Shown one piece after another: positions 55,047 to 64,000 of a stretch of 64,000 nt of DNA; the first letter of the stretch is position 1; each line of letters begins with the position of its first letter. Origin of the DNA: Bacillota bacterium. GTDB taxonomy: Bacteria; Bacillota; Sulfobacillia; JAUYEG01. The DNA lies in NCBI GenBank assembly GCA_040766985.1, contig JAXGPL010000006.1:70284-134283 (forward strand), given 5' to 3'. The notes below the pieces were generated by a model, which was given only the letters and a program-made list of their open reading frames with translations, was not told the DNA's origin and did no database searches. The position numbers and the translations under genes were made by a program.

Positions 55047-55813
55047 CCGACGGCCGCCTTCCGCGACCTGACCGGTTTGACCCGGTGGCCCGACACTATG
55101 ACTTGGCCAACCGGCTGCTAAGCGTGGGCCTTGACCGCTGGTGGCGTAGGCAGGCTCTTGCCGCGCTCGCCTCCGCCCGGGGATCCGCCGTCATTGATCT
55201 ATGCTGCGGCACAGGTGACCTCGCCCTTGGGATCGCGGCCTCAGGGCTGCCGCAGGTGGTTGTAGGTCTGGATGTTTCCCCGGCAATGCTCGGGATGGCC
55301 CGGTCAAAGCTGGCCCGCGACGCGGCAAGGGTCAGTAGGGCAGGCCGCACCGTCCCGCCGGTGGCGCTGCTGCTTGCCGACGTCAGGCGGCTCCCGTTTC
55401 CGGATGCCGCCTTCGACTCGGCAGTCATGGGCTTTGGCTTGCGCAATGTGGCCGATCGGGACTTGGCGTTGGCCGAGGCCCACCGGGTTCTCGCGGGTAA
55501 CGGCCTGCTGGTGGTCCTGGAGTTCGTCCCGCCTGCAAAGGGTTTCTGCGGCAAGGCTGTCCGCCTGTGGATCGAGCGCGCTGTACCCGGACTGGGCGGA
55601 GTGGTCACGGGGGGCCGTGAACCCTACTCCTACCTAAGGGACTCGATCCTGTCCTTCCCGCCACCCGACCGCATCGCGGAGGAAATCCGCTCGGCAGGCT
55701 TTGCGCCGGTCAGCTATCGGCCCCTTTTTCCGGGCGTTGCCGGACTATGGGTCGCCCGGGCGACGGGAGCGGGGCCCAGCCACGGGGCGCAACGCCAATT
55801 GTCACGGTCCTAG
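55043..55813 (+). CDS. UbiE/MenG-type class I SAM-dependent methyltransferase
   Basis: ATG at 55043 overlaps the B4 stop (ATGA). FDPVARHYDLANRLLSVGLDRWWRR, VIDLCCGTGD, FGLRNV. Confidence 0.8.
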   Translation: MTDGRLPRPDRFDPVARHYDLANRLLSVGLDRWWRRQALAALASARGSAVIDLCCGTGDLALGIAASGLPQVVVGLDVSPAMLGMARSKLARDAARVSRAGRTVPPVALLLADVRRLPFPDAAFDSAVMGFGLRNVADRDLALAEAHRVLAGNGLLVVLEFVPPAKGFCGKAVRLWIERAVPGLGGVVTGGREPYSYLRDSILSFPPPDRIAEEIRSAGFAPVSYRPLFPGVAGLWVARATGAGPSHGAQRQLSRS

Positions 55814-55992
55814 GGCTCATTCGGGACGATGATCACAGCAATGATGTAGGCAAGCAGGCCGCTGCCGCCCAGGAGCCCAAACAACACCCAGGCGAGCCTG
55901 ATGAGAGTTGGATCGACGTTGAAATACTCGGCGATGCCCCCGCAGACGCCGCCCAGCATACGTTCCCTGCGCGAGCGATAGAGTCTTTTCAA
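55810..55992 (-). CDS. PspC-domain membrane protein
   Basis: MKRLYRSRRERMLGGVCGGIAEYFNVDPTLIRLAWVLFGLLGGSGLLAYIIAVIIVP. Confidence 0.85.
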   Translation of the reverse strand: MKRLYRSRRERMLGGVCGGIAEYFNVDPTLIRLAWVLFGLLGGSGLLAYIIAVIIVPNEP

Positions 55993-56083
55993 GCAGGTCC
56001 CTCCTTATCCACCCGACTGGACGCCCCAAGACAAGGTTATCTTGCACGCAGACCTGCCGGCTCCTGTCGCATCAGCATCCCGC

Positions 56084-56590
56084 TCAGCCGTCTCTCCATT
56101 GCTCGACGACGCCGCACGCCGCCCTGGGGCCGGCCGCTCCCGCAGGCTGCGAACGGTAATCGTCCGGATAGAGGTGGATGATGACCGCCTTTCCAACCGC
56201 TGCTGCCGGCTCGAACCTGTCCGTATAGAAGGACATGATGGCCGTCCCGTTGTTCGAGAACAGCACGGGAAAGTCGCCGGCGTGGTCCCCATGGGGACGA
56301 CCGTCGGGATTCCAGTGGCCCCCCGCGGCCTGGAAGGGGTCGGCCGGGTTGCCGACCGCGCACGTGCCCTCCTCGTGCAGGTGGAAACCGTGTGGACCGA
56401 GCGGCGGCCGCGTCGCGGTCGCCGGTTGGTACGGCGGAAGCCCCCTGACGATAACCGACACCCAGGTGCCCTGCCGGTACGGCCAAAAACAGACCGTGCC
56501 AGCGATATCCGGCGCCAGCGGGCCGCCACGCACCTGCGCCACAGCAACCGGGTGTTCCGGGCGGTCGGCAATGTTGTACTGGCTCGCCAT
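56084..56590 (-). CDS. Cu/Zn superoxide dismutase family protein
   Basis: Internal ATG at 56590. HGFHLHEEGTC, GGHWNPDGRPHGDHAGDFP, AVIIHLYPDDYRSQPAGAAGPRAACGVV. Confidence 0.8.
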   Translation of the reverse strand: MASQYNIADRPEHPVAVAQVRGGPLAPDIAGTVCFWPYRQGTWVSVIVRGLPPYQPATATRPPLGPHGFHLHEEGTCAVGNPADPFQAAGGHWNPDGRPHGDHAGDFPVLFSNNGTAIMSFYTDRFEPAAAVGKAVIIHLYPDDYRSQPAGAAGPRAACGVVEQWRDG

Positions 56591-56680
56591 AACCTCACCC
56601 CGCTTCATCACTTGCATCGCTAGAGTGTATGAGGGGCGGGAGGCGAGGGGCACCAGGAACGCACCTGTTTTCGGAGATGG

Positions 56681-57289
56681 CTATATCTCTGACTGTGTTT
56701 CTGCTGTGAGCTTGTGTTTCATGAAGACGCAGACCTGTCCGCCGCCTCCGGCGTCGTCGTTGCGGTAGTAGGATAAGTCGATGCCGTCGATTTCAAAGCC
56801 GGCCTTGCGGTAGAACGTTATGGCCGGCACGTTGGTCGTCTGGGTTTCAAGGGCGACGACCCTGCAGCCCTCGCGCCGCGCCGTCCGAATAGTCTCGTCG
56901 AGCAGCCGCCTGCCGATGCCCCGGCCCCGATAGGCCGGCGATACGTGGAGGTCCCAAACCCACAGGGTGTGGTTCCATTTGCGCTTCTCGACTATGCAGA
57001 CGGCGACCAGAGCGCCGGTCTTGTCGTAGGCCCCCAGCGAGAGCCCACCTGCGGCGCACCCGCGCCAGATCTCGCGGTCCAGGTCGTCGATCGGCCAACG
57101 GACCTCGATCGGCGTGGCGGCCGGCTTAAGGGTCAGTGCGATGGTCGTCCGCTGATGGGTTTCATGTTTTTCGACTTCGTAGTATTCCGTTGACCGGTAG
57201 CCGCTGCTGACCAGCAGATCGACCACGGGGCCGACAGTTTCAAGGCGCCTGATCGTCACCTCGCCAGGGCCTGCGCTTGGGGGTGTCAT
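56681..57289 (-). CDS. GNAT-family N-acetyltransferase
   Basis: AGGAGGAGG RBS. VWDLHVSPAYRGRGIGRRLLDETI, AITFYRKAGFE. Confidence 0.85.
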   Translation of the reverse strand: MTPPSAGPGEVTIRRLETVGPVVDLLVSSGYRSTEYYEVEKHETHQRTTIALTLKPAATPIEVRWPIDDLDREIWRGCAAGGLSLGAYDKTGALVAVCIVEKRKWNHTLWVWDLHVSPAYRGRGIGRRLLDETIRTARREGCRVVALETQTTNVPAITFYRKAGFEIDGIDLSYYRNDDAGGGGQVCVFMKHKLTAETQSEI

Positions 57290-57310
57290 GATATCGCAGC
57301 CTCCTCCTGC

Positions 57311-58840
57311 CTATTGCCGCCCGATTGCAGCGAGACGGCCGTATAGAGACCTCACCCGCGGGTAGAGCTCGCGGTAGATTGCATATAGCTCGTCATACGG
57401 CGCCCGGTGGACGGCGCGCGGCTCGGTCACCGACGTAACCCTGGTAAACCGGCCGATTTCCGACCAGTCCGAGAACACCCCGCTGCCCATTCCCGCCACG
57501 AACGCCGCTCCCAGCGCCGATCCCGGGTGCTCGGCCTGATGCTCGACCGGCGAGCCGAGGATGTCCGCCGCAATCTGACGCCAGAGCCTGCTCCGTGCAC
57601 CCCCATCGGTGGCGACGATCCTCCGGGGAAGGTGGCCACGCTCGGCCAGGATGTCAAGGTGGTGGCGGAAACCGAACACGACGGCCTCCAGGATCGCCCG
57701 GTGGATGTGCTCGGGACCGTGGTGGAGAGAGAGCCCAAAGACAAGGCCCCGTGCCTCGGGGTTGTGGATGGGCGTCTTCTCGCCCACGAAGTACGGCAGC
57801 ACCACGAGGCTCTCAGGGCCGGGCTCCAGTCCCGCGGCCGCCGCGTCCAGCTGTTCGGGACGCTCCGCGACGCCGCCCATACGGTCCCCGAAATTCTGGC
57901 CGAACCACCTGACCAGCGACCCCCCGGCGGCCATGCAGCCGTTGATCAGGTACTTGCCGGGCGCGAGGTGATAGTCGATGTAAAGACGCGGGTCGGTGTC
58001 AAGGCGCTCCAGGCAAAACAGGATATCTCCTGCGCCGCCGAACTTGATGTTCAGGTCGCCCTCGTCGACAAGGCCTGCCGCGAAGGCCGACGCCACATGG
58101 TCGGCGCACCCCACGACGACCGGCAGCCCCTCCGGCAGTCCCGTCTCGCGGGCCGCATCTGCGGTCAAATACCCTGCAAGCTCCGCCGGGCGGCGTACCG
58201 GCGGACGCAAGTCGGTGTCGATGCCCGCAAGTTCGAGGTAGGGGGCGTGCCATGCCGCGGCGGCCAGGTCCGCCAGACCCGACTCGAGCGCCCAGTTGGC
58301 CTCGACGCTCAGGTTGCCGTCAGGCGGTAGGTGATGTAGTCGTAGGAGCCCAGCAGCCATCTTGCGCCGGCCATCACCCCGGGCTCGTGGCGGCGCAGCC
58401 ATTCGATCTTCGGAGCGATCAACTGCTGGTTGATGGACCCTCCGGTGACTCCGAAGAACTCCTCCGCGTCAACGAGACCGCGCATCCAGTCCAGTTCGGC
58501 AGCTGTGCGCGCGTCGTTCTGCTGGATCGATAGGCGGAGCGGGTTTCCGTGCCGGTCGAGGATCACCAGCGCCGGGACCATTCCGGATACTCCGACGGCC
58601 GCAATCGATTCGGGCTGCATGCCGGGGGCCCGGAGCAGGCCGCGGACTACGGCGAGCGTGTTGCGCCACCACTGGGCGGGATCCATCTCCGCCCAGCCCC
58701 GGGTGCTGTGAGATGAGTTGCTGCGGCTCGGACCGCTGGGCGACGATGCGGCCGGCATCATTGATCACGACGCCCTTGAGCGAAGTCGTCCCGACGTCAA
58801 GACCGATCAGCTGGCGTCCCCCGGCTTGCGCGCCCGTCAT
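57311..58840 (-). pseudogene. FGGY-family carbohydrate kinase, 2 frameshifts (~58697-58703 and ~58310-58325)
   Basis: LIGLDVGTTSLKGVVINDAGRIVAQ...SQHPG in one frame, WAEMDPAQWW...AAVGVSGMVPALVILD...LGSYDYITYRLT in a second, NLSVEANWALESGL...GCADHVASAFAAG...FGGAGD... in a third. The first junction lies in a CCCCGGG run. Confidence 0.8.
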
Positions 58841-59769
58841 GCCGGCAAACCCTCACGCGTTGCGGTGCGCCAGGCGGTGACGCTTTCCGCCCAGTCGGCG
58901 AGGATCTCCTCGGGGCCCGCCTCCGGGGGATGGATGATTTCGAAGACCAGGTCGATACGCTCGCGCGCCGATCCCGCGAGGACTTGCAGCACGCGCGCAG
59001 GCGAGATGATGCCGTCTCCGGTGTGCTCTTCCGTAAACGGCCAGTGACGGTCGCCCAGACCGTCGGTCTGCTGAAGGTGCACACACCGGATAAACGGCAG
59101 CATCTCCCTCCAGCCATGCGTAGGCGCGTTCGCGGTCTGGTCGGAGGTCGCTGCCGCACGCATGCCCCAGGTCGTAGCACAACTCAAAAGGCGCCGGGCT
59201 GACCTCGTTGATTGCCCCCAGCAGATCGCGGACGTCGCGCGGCGTGTGGGAAGCTCGCGCGCGCCGGGCATGGCCTCGAGCATGAGGTACTCAAGGCCCA
59301 CATCGACCGCGCGCCTCCCGATTTCGGCGCAATCCCCGGCCAACGATCGGATCAGGGCAGGAGCCAGCCTGCCCTCGGAAACCGAGGCATCCCTAACCGC
59401 GCAGGATGCCTCAAGGGCTGCGATGTGGCCCCCCGTCGCGCGCGCTCCCATCGCCGCCGTTACTTCGACCGCAGCCAACAGCCATGTCCTGGCCCAGTCG
59501 CGGTAGCGTGCATCGGAGTGCCCCAGCCTGTTTGTGGCGTACGCGCGGCTCCCTGTGAAGGTGGACCAGATCTCGACCCCGGCCGCCTCCGCCGCGCGCC
59601 CCATCTCGGCGGCGAGCTGACGGGCGTCCGGCAGCAGCGGGTCAAGCAGGTCGAGGGAGCACTGGACCGACCGCAATCCCCAGGACTTCACGCATTCCAC
59701 CCACTGCTCGGGCCGGGGCCAATTCTTGTTGGCAAAGCAGGTGTTGGCCGACAGGACAAGGTTGGTCAT
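58837..59769 (-). CDS. Xylose-isomerase-like TIM-barrel sugar-phosphate isomerase/epimerase with an internal out-of-frame segment
   Basis: The ORF is intact. Over about 59105-59250 the alternative frame reads HTPRDVRDLLGAINEVSPAPFELCYDLGHACGSDLRPDRERAYAWLE (family-like C.D.GH motif), whereas the ORF frame reads TRRATSAICWGQSTRSARRLLSCATTWGMRAAATSDQ. Confidence 0.7.
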   Translation of the reverse strand: MTNLVLSANTCFANKNWPRPEQWVECVKSWGLRSVQCSLDLLDPLLPDARQLAAEMGRAAEAAGVEIWSTFTGSRAYATNRLGHSDARYRDWARTWLLAAVEVTAAMGARATGGHIAALEASCAVRDASVSEGRLAPALIRSLAGDCAEIGRRAVDVGLEYLMLEAMPGARELPTRRATSAICWGQSTRSARRLLSCATTWGMRAAATSDQTANAPTHGWREMLPFIRCVHLQQTDGLGDRHWPFTEEHTGDGIISPARVLQVLAGSARERIDLVFEIIHPPEAGPEEILADWAESVTAWRTATREGLPA

Positions 59770-59805
59770 AGTCTCACCCTCCTTGGCTCAGATCGCCCGC
59801 GGTTC

Positions 59806-60603
59806 TCAGGTCTGGCCGCGCGCGGCCCGCATGAAGGACTTGACCCGTTCGGGATCGACCGGGTTCCAGGTGACCCCGTCAGCCTTCAGCGCCGTGCCGA
59901 CGACGGCCGCGTCCGCGACGGCCAGGATTTCCGCCACGTTGCCCGGGCGCACTCCTGTGTTCGCCACCACCGGCAGGTCGCCGACCGCGGCTTTGACCAC
60001 CCTCAGGTCGTCCAGGCTCACGGCCTGCCCGGTCATCGGGCCGGACACGCAAAGCGCGTCGGCCAGCGACGAGAAGGCGACGCTCCTGGCGAGCGCTCCG
60101 AGCGGCCGGGTGTCGAAACGGCCGGCGAATTCGGCCTGGATGTTGAAGAGCAGCTTGATGTGCCCCGCGCCGAGCGCTCGCCGGTAGCGGAGGGCCTCCC
60201 CGCATGCGGTATCCCACAGCCCCATGTCACTGGGGTAGGCGCCCGTGAACACCTCGCGCACGAACGAAGCGCCTGTGGCCGCCGCCAGAGCGATCGCTGC
60301 GACGGGGTCCCAAAGGACGTCGACACCGAAGGGCAGTCTGAGGCCCTTGGTCACCCCGGCGATTACGGCGGCCATTGTGGCGATGGTTTCCGGGCGTGCC
60401 CTGACCAGGTACGGTCGGTCGCCCTCGTTGCAGAACATGATCGCGTCGACGCCACCGCTCGCCAGCGCCTCGACGTCCCGTTCCACCCAATCCCCGATGG
60501 CGCCGACGCCCCCTCGCTCATCGTAAAGCGGAGCGCCGGGCAGCGGCGGAAAGTGCGCCATCCCGATGATCTTGCGGCTTGCCCGCAGTTCGAACGGCTG
60601 CAA
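59806..60603 (-). CDS. BtpA/SgcQ-family TIM-barrel protein (start uncertain)
   Basis: IIGMAHFPPLPGAPLYD, DAIMFCNEGDRPY, VANTGVRPGNVAEIL. TTG at 60603, 9 nt after GAGAGG, or the ATG of MAHFPP. Confidence 0.75.
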   Translation of the reverse strand: MQPFELRASRKIIGMAHFPPLPGAPLYDERGGVGAIGDWVERDVEALASGGVDAIMFCNEGDRPYLVRARPETIATMAAVIAGVTKGLRLPFGVDVLWDPVAAIALAAATGASFVREVFTGAYPSDMGLWDTACGEALRYRRALGAGHIKLLFNIQAEFAGRFDTRPLGALARSVAFSSLADALCVSGPMTGQAVSLDDLRVVKAAVGDLPVVANTGVRPGNVAEILAVADAAVVGTALKADGVTWNPVDPERVKSFMRAARGQT

Positions 60604-60617
60604 TCCAGAACACCTCT

Positions 60618-61601
60618 CTAGTTGGGAGCCATGGCGGGCTCCAGTATCGTCAACGACTTCCGGTCCGCATCCATCCTCGCACGCACGCCAAGCGGGAGGG
60701 CCGCATGGTAACGCCCGTGCCCACAACAGAGCCCGTAGTAGCACGGGATGGAGCGCGGGGCGAAGAATTCCTGCAGCAGTTGGACGAACTCAGGCGTTGG
60801 CAGCCCCGATTCGTCCGCGAGCGAGGCGGTTTCGCCGAACACGACTCCCTCCACCGCTTCGAACTTGCCCGCCAGGCGGAGCGTCGTCAACATCCGGTCG
60901 ACACGGTACAGCGGTTCGCGGACGTCTTCGAGTACCAGAATGCAGCCTGAATCCCCAACCGTCGCCGGGTCGAGGGCATACGGGGTTCCAGAGAGCGCCG
61001 CGAGCAGCGAAAGGTTGCCGCCGAGCAGCCTTCCCTCGGCCCTGCCGGGAACGACGGTGACAAGCGGGGGGCCCTCGGCGGGGTGGGGGATCCTGCCCAG
61101 GGGCGACGTGGCCGTGATGGCCTGGAACAGGCAGTCGCGATCGTAGGAGGTCCACTCCGCGTCCATGCCGGCCATCCGGCCGTGGAAACCGACCAGCCCC
61201 GCCATTTGCCACGCCGCGACCAGGAGGCCCGTGATGTCGCTGAAGCCCACCAGCACTTTGGGATCGAGCACGATGGCCTGGAAGTCGACCCGGTCGAGAA
61301 TGCGCGTTACCCCGTACCCGCCGCGTGCGGCGACGATGGCGCGCACCTCGGGGTCGCTCAGCATTTGGTTGAGTTCATCTGCCCGCGCCTCGTCGTCGCC
61401 GGCGAACCGGCCGCCCCCGGCCTTGGCCAGCGGCCCAAAGCGGACGCGAAAGCCGGCCTGTTCAAGCTGATGGCACCCCTCAGCCAGCCTTTCCGCCGGT
61501 GCGGGGCTCGCGGGCGTCGGAACAGCGACGAGGTCGCCGCGGCGCAGGGCCCTGGCCAGAAGAGGCCGGACAGGCGTACTTGGGGCGGGTCGCATTGTCA
61601 C
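60618..61601 (-). CDS. S66-family LD-carboxypeptidase (LdcA/MccF-like)
   Basis: GDLVAVPTPASP, AIVAARGGYG, LVGFSDITGL (Ser nucleophile context), LVLEDVREPLYRVDRML, CGHG. Confidence 0.85.
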   Translation of the reverse strand: MTMRPAPSTPVRPLLARALRRGDLVAVPTPASPAPAERLAEGCHQLEQAGFRVRFGPLAKAGGGRFAGDDEARADELNQMLSDPEVRAIVAARGGYGVTRILDRVDFQAIVLDPKVLVGFSDITGLLVAAWQMAGLVGFHGRMAGMDAEWTSYDRDCLFQAITATSPLGRIPHPAEGPPLVTVVPGRAEGRLLGGNLSLLAALSGTPYALDPATVGDSGCILVLEDVREPLYRVDRMLTTLRLAGKFEAVEGVVFGETASLADESGLPTPEFVQLLQEFFAPRSIPCYYGLCCGHGRYHAALPLGVRARMDADRKSLTILEPAMAPN

Positions 61602-61757
61602 ACCGCTCCTCCCTTTTCGGCTTCAGGGGTCGTCGTCAGCTTTCGGGGACCAGGGCATATTCCCCTCCGGGCGAGCGCGCGCCACGTGGCACACCGAAAA
61701 ACAAACCGCCCGGCCGTGGGGCTGGGCGGTGGATTCTGTGCGCAATCAGGGGGAGTG

Positions 61758-63612
61758 CTATCCGAACGTCGCACCGCTTGCCAGCAGGCCGACCAGGGCT
61801 TCGACAACCCAGGGGTCGAATTGGCTGCCGGCGTTGCGCTTGAGTTCCGCTGCCGCCTCCTCGTAGCTGATCGCGGGCCGGTACGGCTGCCGTGCCGACA
61901 TCATCACATCCAAAAGCATCCGCTACGGCGAGGATCCGGGCCATCAACGGGATGTCCGCTCCGGCGAGGCCCTGCGGGTATCCGGTGCCGTCCCAGCGCT
62001 CGTGGTGGGCCAGGACTGGTTTCCGCGATCAGGGCGAGGTCCGGTGTCGTCGCCGCGATGCGGTATCGATTTCCGAATGGCGCTTTATCGCTTCCCATTC
62101 CCTCGGCCGATCAGCGGCCAGGGCGTTCGAGGACCTCCCTTGCCACGCCGATCTTGCCGACGTCGTGGAGCGAAGCGAGGTCGGCAACGTGGGTGAGCTG
62201 CTTCTCGCCGCTCCAGGACCGCGCCAAGCGCGAGCATCAGCGCCTTCAGGCGCTCCGCGTGAGCCCGGTCTTCGTGGGTCCGTTGAACCAGCGATTCCTG
62301 CAGGAAACTGACGATCGCCCCATGGGCGTTGCGCCCTTCAAGCAGCTTGTTGCAGGCGCGCATGAGCAGCAGGCGGTGACTCCATGTATCCTGCGCAGGT
62401 CGATCGGCGGCCATCCAGGCGATGCTTAACGGGATGGGGTCAGCGGCCGCCGTCCGCACTGGAACGGCCCGGTCGCGGACCCGAGCCGCGATGTCGGCTC
62501 TGGTCAGGAGCAGGATGATCGCGAACTCGTCGCCGCCCCAGCGGCAGATGACGTCCTCGCGCCGGAGGACGGAGCGGATGGCGTTGGCCGTATTGGTCAA
62601 CAGGCGGTGCGCGCTGTGGCCGAGAACGTCGTTGGCCAGCAGACCATTGATGTCGCCGATGATGATGGCCAGGGCGGGGACCGCGAGGAGTTGTGGCGCG
62701 CGATTTCCTCTTCGAAATACGCGCGGTTGTAGAGGACCCCGTCAGCTTGTCGTGGAAGGTCAGGTACCGGATGTTCTCGAGCGCCTGGATTTGGCTGGTG
62801 ATGTCACGGCACAGGCCGGCGACCCCCGTGATCTCCCCGCAGTCGCCGCGGATCGGGTACACGGTGAACCGGTACACGCTGTGGCCTCCGCCGGAGAGCT
62901 GGAGCTTGGTTTCGGTTTCTGCGGTCTGGCCGTCCCTGATCACCTTACGGTGCAGACGCTCAAGGCTGTGGACCAGTTCATATGGCACCTTGAGGTCGTG
63001 GATCACCTCGCCGAGCATTTCTTCCTCGGACGACCCGAACGCGCGGCAGATACTCCGATTGGCTGCCGTAACCCGGCAGTCGCGGTCCAGGCTGAAGATG
63101 AAGTCCTCCGTGTTGTCGACGAGGTCGCGGTAGCGGCGCTCGCTCTGCCGTAGGGCCATCTCGACGAGACGGCGCTCCGTGATATCCCGCGCGGCTACGA
63201 TCGCGCCGGTCACCATCCGGTCGGGCGCGCGCACGATTCTCCCGTGCCCCTCAAGGGAAACCCAAGGCCCGCTTTGGTGCCGCACCCGAAACGTAAACGG
63301 CGCTGTGAGCGGAATCGCCGTCCGGTCTTGTGGAACGCGTAGACTGGCCGCATCCTCAGGGTGGAGGTACGGGTAGATGCTGTGCCCGGCCAGCTCCGCC
63401 GGGTCGTAGCCCAGCAGCTCCTGCGCTGAGGGGCTGACGTACATCAACCGGCCCTGGACGTCCAGTTCGACGACCAGGTCGCGCATGTACGTCGTAATGC
63501 GCCGGAGCTGTTGGAGTTCGACGCTCTCGGACGCCTCGGTGCTGGATATTTCCCTAGATGCTCTATCACTGATGCCAGAACCAGGCGCAAACTTGGTTGC
63601 CGGCTTACTCAC
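61758..63612 (-). pseudogene. PAS-PAS-GGDEF-HD-GYP signalling protein; N-terminal half intact, C-terminal half with at least 5 frame changes
   Basis: GTG at 63612, 7 nt after AAGGGGG. Two PAS-like modules are intact up to YLTFHDKLTG. Later pieces sit in shifting frames: [122 protein letters not shown]. Stop at 61758-61760. Confidence 0.75.
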
Positions 63613-63771
63613 TGGCGAACCCCCTTTGGGTTAGTGCCTTTATACCCAAATCGGACGCCGGAGAGGGTCTCGTTAACCCGTCGGCGTATCTGAATTGACT
63701 GTCTTTAGGGACACCCGGCTCTGCCGGCGTAGACTCTGAGACGAGGAAGCCTATTCGCGGGGGAATCGCCA

Positions 63772-64000
63772 ATGAACCTGGACCGAAAACCGAAGTGGCA
63801 AGACATCGTCGCCGCGCGCGCACGTCTTGCGGGCGTGGCCAGGCGGACGCCGCTTCTGCACGCGCAAGATGTGGCGGGGGGCGCTGAGCTCTACCTCAAA
63901 GCCGAGTGTTTCCAGCGGACGCACGCCTTCAAGTTCCGTGGCGCCTACAACCGTTCGAGCCTGCTCTCGGCAGGCCAACTCAAACGAGGCCTCGTGACCG
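63772..64000 (+). CDS. PLP-dependent threonine/serine dehydratase family protein (5' part; runs off the window)
   Basis: Own translation from the ATG at 63772: MNLDRKPKWQDIVAARARLAGVARRTPLLHAQDVAGGAELYLKAECFQRTHAFKFRGAYN... (PLP-lysine motif). Open to position 64000. Confidence 0.8.
   Translation, partial: MNLDRKPKWQDIVAARARLAGVARRTPLLHAQDVAGGAELYLKAECFQRTHAFKFRGAYNRSSLLSAGQLKRGLVT

Noticed and set aside
1-64000. Mobile genetic element, prophage or integrative island
   Set aside because: I found no transposase, integrase, recombinase, phage structural gene, tRNA attachment site or terminal inverted repeats. Only nuclease-fold remnants (BglII-like, Uma2) and local G+C dips are present.

Overview
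GC-rich segment (about two-thirds G+C by eye) that reads as chromosome. I found about 55 protein-coding loci and no rRNA, tRNA, CRISPR array, transposase or integrase. All family calls rest on motifs read by eye from the six-frame track plus my own translations at the window edges and across frame breaks; no searches were run. Two S-layer-homology (SLH) surface proteins, a LysM protein and DUF2089/SHOCT-type genes suggest a high-GC Firmicutes-like organism of the Limnochordia/Symbiobacterium/Thermaerobacter type (inference only). Main themes are as follows. (1) Peptide and amino-acid catabolism: DmpA/S58, two M20 amidohydrolases, M14 carboxypeptidase, S9 hydrolase, amidase, S66 LD-carboxypeptidase, creatininase-family, DapA-family, a hydantoin-racemase-like protein, ornithine cyclodeaminase family, and a partial threonine dehydratase. 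(2) Envelope functions: a NamZ-like DUF1343 protein, SLH proteins, acyltransferase-3 genes, DgkA and PspC. (3) A glycyl-radical enzyme with its activase. (4) A LonC-type Lon-like protease with degenerate Walker motifs. The strongest candidate for something undescribed is a four-gene operon of all-membrane proteins that I cannot assign to any named family. It occurs twice in the same gene order as diverged paralogous copies (36349-39206 and 52058-55046). A second candidate is a tandem pair of paralogous small cysteine-rich proteins (29185-29826). About 19 loci carry frame disruptions: frameshifts, two in-frame TAA codons and three compensated double frameshifts. These cluster strongly by region (notably 20.0-26.3 kb) while several 1.5-2.5 kb genes are intact. 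That pattern indicates either real gene decay or locally poor assembly, and the sequence alone cannot tell which.
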